DNA of 64,000 nt from an uncultured delta proteobacterium (lineage in GTDB: Bacteria > Desulfobacterota > Syntrophia > Syntrophales > UBA2192): assembly GCA_963705165.1 (NCBI GenBank), contig CAVPJD010000024.1:32001-96000 (forward strand), read 5' to 3'. Positions 57,252-64,000 of this stretch are shown one piece after another. Position 1 is the first letter of the stretch. Each line of letters begins with the position of its first letter. Both the position numbers and the translations under genes were made by a program. The notes below the pieces were generated by a model that saw nothing but the letters and a program-made list of their open reading frames with translations, made no database searches and was not told the DNA's origin.

Positions 57252-58235
57252 CTAATTTTCTCCCAATAACAGGACAAGATTTTCAAAGAGGGCTTTCTGA
57301 ACGGAGTCGTTTATTTTGGACTTGATGATATTCAGCGCCTGGAAAGGGGACATCTTGCATCTGTAGGGTCGGTCCGTCGTCATGGCGTCATACATGTCCA
57401 CCAGCGAGCAGATTCGGGCGTACACGTGGATCTCCCCCCCATAAAGGCCGTACGGGTAACCGCTGCCATCCTCTTTTTCATGATGCTCCAGGATGATCAG
57501 CTTGCACTCGGTGGTCAACTGGTTGGCATCATTCAAGATGTTGAACCCATAAAGAGGATGCCTGCGCATTGCCTGTAATTCGTCAAAGGTCAGCTTGCCT
57601 TCTTTATTGATGATGGCGGGATCAACCTTTATTTTCCCCAGGTCATGCAGGAAAAAGCCGACTCCGAGCTCCCGCAGATTATGACGATCCGAATAGCCGA
57701 AATATTTCTTGGCGAGAAGCAGTGACAGAACGCCAACGTTCACGGAGTGCGTGTAGGTATACATGTCGTGGTCGGATATCGTCAGAAGAAATGTGTTCAG
57801 TTGATCCCCATCCAGAATGCAGTCGATGACTTCGTAAAGACTTTCGCGAGCCTCGCAGAGCATTCCTGCATCGGGGGTTTTTTCCATCAGTTTCTTCATG
57901 ATGATCTTCGAAGACGATTTGACCGCATAGGCTTTGGATTCCTGGGCTGCGGCGTGATCCGTGAGCGCCTCCATCAGTCCGGGGGGGACCATCTTCTGAT
58001 ATGCGGACTCATTCGGATTCTCCGGAAAGATGTTCTCCGACAATTCCGGTACGGCAATGTTGCTCTTTGTAAGATCGACCGGGATCTGCGAAATTCCGGT
58101 CGCCGCGAGCCGATGAATATCTCGCTGTGAGCTCACGACAAATCGGCTTCTGACAAACGGGTGTTTGAACCATGAGCCCGGGATCGTGACGTGCATTCCG
58201 ACTTTCAGTTCTCCTACGGGGACGATCTCCTGCAT
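57252..58235 (-). CDS. HD-GYP phosphodiesterase with DUF3391-like N-domain
   Basis: LKVGMHV..W.KHPF; YTYTHS, LHDLGK, HHEKEDGSGYP and YDAMT.DRPYR motifs. Confidence 0.92.
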   Translation of the reverse strand: MQEIVPVGELKVGMHVTIPGSWFKHPFVRSRFVVSSQRDIHRLAATGISQIPVDLTKSNIAVPELSENIFPENPNESAYQKMVPPGLMEALTDHAAAQESKAYAVKSSSKIIMKKLMEKTPDAGMLCEARESLYEVIDCILDGDQLNTFLLTISDHDMYTYTHSVNVGVLSLLLAKKYFGYSDRHNLRELGVGFFLHDLGKIKVDPAIINKEGKLTFDELQAMRRHPLYGFNILNDANQLTTECKLIILEHHEKEDGSGYPYGLYGGEIHVYARICSLVDMYDAMTTDRPYRCKMSPFQALNIIKSKINDSVQKALFENLVLLLGEN

Positions 58236-58328
58236 AAACCCTCCTGCAAGAAAATCAGTTCAAGATAACGCGACTTGCTTTCACTTCCTCGGGCCGCAAT
58301 CCGCAACGCGAGCCGCTCACGCTTCAGT

Positions 58329-58724
58329 TTACTGGACTTTCCAGCTCCCTTCTGCCCGCCCGGAGACACCTCTTGCCTGATTGCCACTGGCAGTTATCTT
58401 CACTTCACTTCCCGCCACGGCAAACTCCACTCTATAATCACCGGCATCCGTGCTCACGGACGCGATAATGCCAGCAAGATTGTTTGCATCCGCATCTGCA
58501 TTCATCAGCTTGATTGCGTACTGGTTCATGAGCCTGTTCTTTCCCTCTGCCACCGCCTGCATTGCGGCCTTGTTTTCCGCTTCTGTCTTCAGACCGATAA
58601 ATTGCGGCGCGGCCACGGCGCCAAGGACCCCGAGAATGACAAGAACCGCGATCAATTCAACCAGGGTGAACCCCCCTTGGTTGCGGGATCGTTTTGGATG
58701 ATGTCTGTGAGAACGCTCACTCAT
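58329..58724 (-). CDS. Prepilin-type (type IV pilin-like) protein
   Basis: QGG|FTLVELIAVLVILGVLGAVAAPQF; start uncertain (58724-58751). Confidence 0.85.
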   Translation of the reverse strand: MSERSHRHHPKRSRNQGGFTLVELIAVLVILGVLGAVAAPQFIGLKTEAENKAAMQAVAEGKNRLMNQYAIKLMNADADANNLAGIIASVSTDAGDYRVEFAVAGSEVKITASGNQARGVSGRAEGSWKVQ

Positions 58725-59010
58725 GGGATTCCGCTGCGACATTCCTTTCACGATTTACCATCCCATGAGCACGGACGATACCAACAGGGCAGCAGCGAAT
58801 CCTTTCTATCATAAGCAAATTATATCAGGCACTTACAGCCAACCGCGCGCCGGCAGACGGATCCGGTCCCGATCATGGCGATGCTCCATTAGGGCACCAA
58901 AAGGTCAAATATCGAATGATATGATGGGGATGCGGGCCCGATGCCGATTTGGCACGGATCGGATCGGCACTGCTGATCGGATCCTCCAGGCTGCCGCCCG
59001 GAGAAGGGTA

Positions 59011-59026
59011 AGGCACGGTGCTTGCC
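59011..59026 (+). promoter_or_regulatory. Sigma-54 promoter candidate for the PASTA gene
   Basis: AGGCACGGTGCTTGCC = GGCAC-N5-TTGC. Confidence 0.6.
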
Positions 59027-59097
59027 TGTCCGAAGCCTTCTTGCACGCAAAATGCAAGAGTTTTGCACGCAATCAACAAGGAGTAAGGAGCAAGCAG

Positions 59098-60144
59098 ATG
59101 AAGAAACGATTGATTTTTGCAGTTGCCGTGCTGGCCTTGTTTTTTTCGTTGCCGGTGCAGGCCCAGCAGGTGGCTGTCCCCAACGTGGTCGGCATGCCGG
59201 CCGATCAAGCCATCAAGACCATCCAATCCCTGGGACTGAGAGCCCCCGTAACCGTTGAAGGCATGACGCCGGATCAGAAGCAGGCGGGAAAGATTACGAA
59301 GCAGAATCCGTCGCCCGGGCAGAAAGTCGCCGCCGGTGGCGCTGTCACCCTGTTCACGGTCATGTATCAGGCTGCGCCCGTGAATGTAACGGTTGCACCT
59401 AACGTCATGGCGGCATTCGGACCGGTCATGCCCAACGTGGTCGGCATGAGCTTCCCGCAGGCTTATGAAGCTTTCAAGAAGGCGGGGATTGACTTCGAGA
59501 AGTACCGCAGTCGATATTCATGGAAGGACGACAGCACCGACCCGAAATGCATCGACCAGTGCGTTGTCAGCCAGACCCCTGCGCCCGGGACACCGGTCAA
59601 GCCGGACACTCCCACGGTGCTCGTTTTCGCGAAATACTGGCCCACGGCAGTTGTTCCTGACATCAAGAACCTGACGGTCGATGCCGCAATGCAGAAGCTC
59701 AGGGCCGCCGGACTCGGCTTCAGCAGTAAGCCCACGGATACGGCTCGCCCGGAGCTTAACGGAATAGTCTACGGTCAAAGTCCTGCTCCCGGAACGAAGC
59801 TCCGGACAGGGGGCGCCAATAATTCCGTTACGATTCAGTCATATCTCTATAAGGAAAGCGCCCTCGAGGTTAAGGCCTCGTTCATGCCCGAGGCAAAGAC
59901 CTACCTCCTGATGGTGAGAGGCGGCGCTCTGCCTTACGACGTCGTGGCAAGCTACGACGTGCCGAAGAGCATGGCCGGCCAGAAAATCGTCAGGATCACG
60001 CCTTTAACGGACTCCCCGGGTTCCCCGGGCTGGAAGCTGTACCGGATCACCAACCAGATCCCCATTGAAGCGGTGATGGTCGTAACGGACGCCAAGGGGC
60101 GTAAGCACAACTACAAACTGCACCTGACGCAGGCCAACAAGTAA
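59098..60144 (+). CDS. Secreted protein with three PASTA domains
   Basis: Signal peptide ending VQA; repeats VPNVVGM..QNPSPG, MPNVVGM..QTPAPG and VPDIKNL..QSPAPG. Confidence 0.85.
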   Translation: MKKRLIFAVAVLALFFSLPVQAQQVAVPNVVGMPADQAIKTIQSLGLRAPVTVEGMTPDQKQAGKITKQNPSPGQKVAAGGAVTLFTVMYQAAPVNVTVAPNVMAAFGPVMPNVVGMSFPQAYEAFKKAGIDFEKYRSRYSWKDDSTDPKCIDQCVVSQTPAPGTPVKPDTPTVLVFAKYWPTAVVPDIKNLTVDAAMQKLRAAGLGFSSKPTDTARPELNGIVYGQSPAPGTKLRTGGANNSVTIQSYLYKESALEVKASFMPEAKTYLLMVRGGALPYDVVASYDVPKSMAGQKIVRITPLTDSPGSPGWKLYRITNQIPIEAVMVVTDAKGRKHNYKLHLTQANK

Positions 60145-60158
60145 CGCCGGTGTGCACG

Positions 60159-60195
60159 AAAAAAGAGAGGCAGGGTTTCCCCTGCCTCTCTTTTC
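60159..60195. terminator. Bidirectional terminator
   Basis: AAAAAAGAGAGGCAGGG-TTTC-CCCTGCCTCTCTTTT. Confidence 0.8.
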
Positions 60196-60214
60196 GTTAA
60201 TTTGAATTAAGGGG

Positions 60215-61699
60215 CTACTTCTTCGCCGGCGCTGCCTTGGGGGCCTCGTCTTCCTTCATGCCCATGAGCTTCCTGGCCATCTTCTTCTTTTTGTCGAAGT
60301 CCGTGAGCACCTGGAACATGAACCGCTGCGTCTGGGGGGCGCCGGCGCCGTGCCAGGTGCCCGCGCCGTGAAGCCCCGCCGACCAGTGCTGGAGGAACTT
60401 GGCGACCTTGAGCCGCTTCTCGGCGGGGGCCGCGGCTCCGAAGACCTTCTTCAGCGTCGGTCCGACCTCCGGATTATCCAGATCCTTGAGTCTCGGCATG
60501 GTCACGACCAGGCCGCCTCCGATGTCGCCCGCGTTCTTGATGATTTCCCAGAACCCGTGGGCGATGTTAAGCTTGGCGGCATTCCCGAAGAGATCGTCGG
60601 GCAGAAAGACCCCTGAGCCCTTCGGTTCCTCACGGCCGCGCATGGCCGCCGCGATGGCGCAGGCGTGCGAGGTCTCGCTGAGGCGCACCATGTCGATGAT
60701 CTTCTCCTGGATATGAGGTACTTTTTCCACACCGATGTATTCGGCGGCGAGCATCGTCCCACCGATGATCACATCGGCAAACCCGACCTTGCAGGCCCCG
60801 CCGCAGTTCATGCGATGGGCTTTGGCAAACCGGGTCACCAGACGGCCGGCATACTTGGCCTCGCCGCACATGAACACCCGCTCCCAGGGGATGAAGACGT
60901 TGTCGAAGACCATCGTCGAGGTCTCGCGCTGGCCGTAGATGGGGTTGCCTATCTCTTCAATTTCGTCGCCGAAGTACTCGCGCTCTGCCGAGTAGGCGTT
61001 GTACTGGCAGATGTAGGTCAGTCCCGGGGATCCGTTGGGTACGGCGAATGACAGTGCAAAGGCCCCCTCGTCGTCTTTGAGCCCCCCGCCTGGAAGGACA
61101 AGCGTTTCATGCGCCCCGATGGCGCCGCTCTGACTGACCTTGTAGCCTCTCACCACGATCCCGTCGTCGCGCTTCTCTACCAGGTGAAGGTAAACGTCTT
61201 GTTCTTCCTGCTGCGTGGGCCTTTTCCTGCGGTCGCCCTTGGCGTCGGTGATGGCGCCCGAGACGGCGAGGTCCTTGGACTGGGCCATCTTGAGCCAGTT
61301 GTTGAAGCGTTCCTGGTACTTCGTGCCCAGGGTTTGGTCCATTTCCCAGGTCGTTGAGGCCAGGGCGTTGAGGGCATCGCATCCGACGCAGCGGTAGTTG
61401 CAGGTGCCAACGGTCTGGCTGGTGAGCAGGGCCATCTCCTGGCGCATGTCGAGGTCATGAATGTTGCGGGCCACATTGAGGTTGCGGTTGACGAGCTCGC
61501 CTGTCAGGTGGGATTTGGCCACCATGACTCCCTGGTGCTCGGGCTCCTGGGCCAGGTCATAGATCGCCGCGTTGGCCATGACCATGGACTTCGTGACGGC
61601 GTTGTCGAGCAGGTTCGTCACCCACTTCCCGCCGACGTACACTCTGGGTTTCAGCTTCTTTACGCTGTCCAAATACTGCTGTGACGTGATTAAAGCCAT
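60215..61699 (-). CDS. 4-hydroxybutyryl-CoA dehydratase (AbfD)-like FAD/[4Fe-4S] protein
   Basis: C..RCVG.D, TDAKGDR, FDNVFIPWERVF, H...GG.CK.G and HGAG.PQ.QR motifs. Confidence 0.88.
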   Translation of the reverse strand: MALITSQQYLDSVKKLKPRVYVGGKWVTNLLDNAVTKSMVMANAAIYDLAQEPEHQGVMVAKSHLTGELVNRNLNVARNIHDLDMRQEMALLTSQTVGTCNYRCVGCDALNALASTTWEMDQTLGTKYQERFNNWLKMAQSKDLAVSGAITDAKGDRRKRPTQQEEQDVYLHLVEKRDDGIVVRGYKVSQSGAIGAHETLVLPGGGLKDDEGAFALSFAVPNGSPGLTYICQYNAYSAEREYFGDEIEEIGNPIYGQRETSTMVFDNVFIPWERVFMCGEAKYAGRLVTRFAKAHRMNCGGACKVGFADVIIGGTMLAAEYIGVEKVPHIQEKIIDMVRLSETSHACAIAAAMRGREEPKGSGVFLPDDLFGNAAKLNIAHGFWEIIKNAGDIGGGLVVTMPRLKDLDNPEVGPTLKKVFGAAAPAEKRLKVAKFLQHWSAGLHGAGTWHGAGAPQTQRFMFQVLTDFDKKKKMARKLMGMKEDEAPKAAPAKK

Positions 61700-61720
61700 C
61701 GTGTCCTCCCTTTTTTTGTT

Positions 61721-62017
61721 TTATTTTTCCGATTTGACCCCTATAAAAAAAGATGCATTGTCCCCTTTATCCGGATAAGCCCCGATATTCGGCATTGCGA
61801 TTTCCATCATTTCCGTCAGCTTGGCCTGCGTGTGCTTGCCGGACAGAACCAGCGTCAGGGTCTTGTCCTTCAGCTTCGCATCCGCAATCAGGCCTTTTCC
61901 GTGAAAACCCGGCAGCGCCTTCTTTCGCAGGCAGCACTCCACGATGTTTGCAAAGGTTCCTTCCAGCCCCGTGTAGATGTGGCCGCTCTTCCCGATTTTC
62001 ACCTCTATGATTTCCAT
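61721..62017 (-). CDS. Hypothetical protein
   Basis: 98-aa ORF co-oriented between the CCG gene and the AbfD-like gene. Confidence 0.6.
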   Translation of the reverse strand: MEIIEVKIGKSGHIYTGLEGTFANIVECCLRKKALPGFHGKGLIADAKLKDKTLTLVLSGKHTQAKLTEMMEIAMPNIGAYPDKGDNASFFIGVKSEK

Positions 62018-62082
62018 TCCCGATTCAACCTCGCTTGATAACCTGTTTCGATCCTCTTCGTGCTGGCTCCCGTCGCCTGTCA

Positions 62083-63108
62083 TCAGGCGGGTTTTTCCGC
62101 CGGAAGCTCCTCGCCCAGGGCGAGACGGCAGATGTCACTGATCATGTAATTCTTCATGCCCGCCTCGCGCACCTTCTTGTTGAGGATGGTGAAACACATG
62201 GGGCACAGATAGACCATCGCCTCGGCGCCGCTCGCCTTGGCATCCTCGATGTTTTTCACCCGGAAGGGCTCGTAGTTCTTCCCGCGGGGAAAGAGTTTGA
62301 GTCCCGGGCCCGCTACTTCCACGCCGCAGCAAAGGGCGTCAACGCCTTCGTACTGGCGCTTCATGCGCTCAACCCCGATCAGCTCGAAGATCTCGTTGAC
62401 CAGCGGGTCCTTTTCCGGTGTGTAGCGCGACGCGCAGGGCCGCTGGTAGGCGACCTTCATGTCGAGCTTGCGGAGTTTGCCCTTCTTCTCCTTCAGGACG
62501 TCCCGGAGGTGCTCGAAGATGTGCACCGGCCGGAAGGGAATCTTGATGCCCAAGTCGGGGGCGACACCCTTGAGCGCGGCATAGCAATCGTCGTGCACGA
62601 AGACGATTTCCTTGGCCCCCGATTTGGCCAGGTTGTCCACCATGCCCTGCAGGCGCTCGCGCAGGACGGACTCGTCGCCCATGTGGGCGAAAAGCACATT
62701 GCAGAAATAGTGCTTTCCCTTGAGAAGGGGGATCGTCTCGAAGAGCTGCCCCTGGACAGCCCAGGGCATGTTGCCCTGCATGACGCAGATGGACATGGCG
62801 CGCTCGGCGGGCGGCATGGGCTTCGGCTCCCCCTCGGGCTTGAACCGCGCGGCCATGTCGGCACGCAACTTCGGGTCGGTGAAATCGCCCGCCTCCTCCA
62901 TCCTCTTCATGATAAGATCGAAGGGCCGTGCCTTCGTCGGGCAATACTCGTCGCAGGCCATGCAGGTCACGCAGTCGTAAATCCAATCGGACTTCTCTCC
63001 CGCGGCAAGCTTGCGAAAGGCCGCCGAGCCGCTCTCCTTGTCGAACTCCAGGTACTTGCACCGCGCCAGGCAGTCTCCGCAATAGTCACATCGGTCTTCA
63101 TGAAACAT
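62083..63108 (-). CDS. (Fe-S)-binding CCG-domain protein (HdrD/GlpC-like)
   Basis: CDYCGDC...C, CVTCMAC...CP, YQRPC, LCCG and CPMC motifs. Confidence 0.88.
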   Translation of the reverse strand: MFHEDRCDYCGDCLARCKYLEFDKESGSAAFRKLAAGEKSDWIYDCVTCMACDEYCPTKARPFDLIMKRMEEAGDFTDPKLRADMAARFKPEGEPKPMPPAERAMSICVMQGNMPWAVQGQLFETIPLLKGKHYFCNVLFAHMGDESVLRERLQGMVDNLAKSGAKEIVFVHDDCYAALKGVAPDLGIKIPFRPVHIFEHLRDVLKEKKGKLRKLDMKVAYQRPCASRYTPEKDPLVNEIFELIGVERMKRQYEGVDALCCGVEVAGPGLKLFPRGKNYEPFRVKNIEDAKASGAEAMVYLCPMCFTILNKKVREAGMKNYMISDICRLALGEELPAEKPA

Positions 63109-63226
63109 AATATTTCTTCTTACCTTCCCGAGAAAGCCCTTCCCTGCTCCGACGAGTTTCTCTGTTTTTGTTTCTTCCCTATACCCGATACCCTTTACCC
63201 TTTACCCTGTACCCACCGCGCAGCGG

Positions 63227-64000
63227 TCACAGTTTCCTCGCCAGGTCCTGGGCTGCGATATGGATTGCATCCCAGGCGCCTCCGAAGGGCGGCGCATAAG
63301 GCAGATCCACGTAACCGAGCTCGTCGACGGTCAGGCCCGACCAGAGGGCGATGGAAAGGGCACTGGCACGCTGGACGGCCCCCTTCTCGCCGATGCACTG
63401 GGCGCCGAGGAGCTTGCCCGTCTTCTTGTCGCCGACGAGCTTGATCCCCAGCTTCTCGCCCTTGGCCATGGGCCGTCCGATGGGAAGGCCCCAGACCAGG
63501 GTGCTCACCGGATCGAAGCCGTATTTCGCGGCTTCGTCCTCCATGAGGCCCGTCGAGGCCACCTCGAGGTTGAAAACCTTGAAGGCCTGGGCGCCGACGA
63601 TGCCGGGGAATGCGACCCGGGAGCCGCCGATGTTCATGCCGGCAATACGGCCCTGCTTGTTGGCGATGTCGCCCAGCGGGAAATAGACCCATCGGCCCGC
63701 GACCCTGTGGAAGACCTCGCAGCAGTCCCCCACGGCCCAGACATTCTCAAGGGATGTCTTCTGGTGGAAATCCACCTTGATGGCGCCGCTCTGCCCCATC
63801 TCGATCCCCATGGACCGGGCCAGCGCGGTGTTGTGACGAGTGCCCACGCCCATCAGGACGAGATCCGCGTCCAGATCGCCGTTGCTCGTGGACAATTTTA
63901 GTTTCGAGCTTTTCCCCTTCTCGATGGCCAGGGGCTTCGCCTCGGGCATGAACTCGACCTGGTTCTTGCCCAGCTCCTCCACGATCATCTTGGTGAACTC
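63227..64000 (-). CDS. FAD-dependent CoA-disulfide reductase / NADH oxidase family, C-terminal part (runs off window)
   Basis: WAVGDC, PLG..ANKQGR, LLGAQ..G and DLPYAPPF motifs. Confidence 0.9.
   Translation of the reverse strand, partial: EFTKMIVEELGKNQVEFMPEAKPLAIEKGKSSKLKLSTSNGDLDADLVLMGVGTRHNTALARSMGIEMGQSGAIKVDFHQKTSLENVWAVGDCCEVFHRVAGRWVYFPLGDIANKQGRIAGMNIGGSRVAFPGIVGAQAFKVFNLEVASTGLMEDEAAKYGFDPVSTLVWGLPIGRPMAKGEKLGIKLVGDKKTGKLLGAQCIGEKGAVQRASALSIALWSGLTVDELGYVDLPYAPPFGGAWDAIHIAAQDLARKL

Noticed and set aside
63180..63215. TACCCTn heptamer run (similar runs at about 3458, 13925, 47366 and 48107)
   Set aside because: Short degenerate intergenic microrepeats; too short for CRISPR or iterons and no function supportable

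Overview
GC-rich chromosomal segment whose gene content (butyrate kinase, phosphate acyltransferases, B12 acyl-CoA mutase, AbfD-like enzyme, CCG Fe-S protein, Geobacter/Syntrophus-type pilin) suggests an anaerobic deltaproteobacterium, probably Syntrophales-like; this is inference. Left to right: (1) a minus-strand aromatic amino acid superoperon aroF-aroB-pheA-aroD-aroE-aroA-aroK-aroC-tyrA. It is preceded by an unannotated 29-aa Phe/Trp/Tyr-rich leader peptide and two tandem terminator-like hairpins, and aroA and pheA carry single-base frameshifts. (2) A cobalamin uptake cluster (btuF, btuC, btuD, TonB-dependent receptor, tonB) with two cobalamin riboswitches. (3) A lower-GC insert (about 14.9-21.3 kb) holding two divergent paralogous modules, each a 105-aa H/CxxC...NKAPP leader-like protein followed by a zinc-ribbon protein and then either HtpX or a CDF metal transporter, around an orphan fliE; the insert also has a decayed DUF3443 gene. 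(4) cbiB-like and cbiA genes, then many accessory genes, buk-ptb-ptb, bfr and queG. (5) An isobutyryl-CoA-mutase-type cluster with meaB, cobO, two M24 peptidases and DUF2284. (6) A surface-structure region with two pilins, a LamG lipoprotein, an HD-GYP protein and a PASTA-only protein. (7) An AbfD-like enzyme with an altered active site, a CCG Fe-S protein and a CoA-disulfide-reductase-like gene. Several REP/MITE-like palindrome families fill the intergenic spaces. No rRNA, tRNA, CRISPR array or transposase was recognised. All family assignments are by eye, with no database search.
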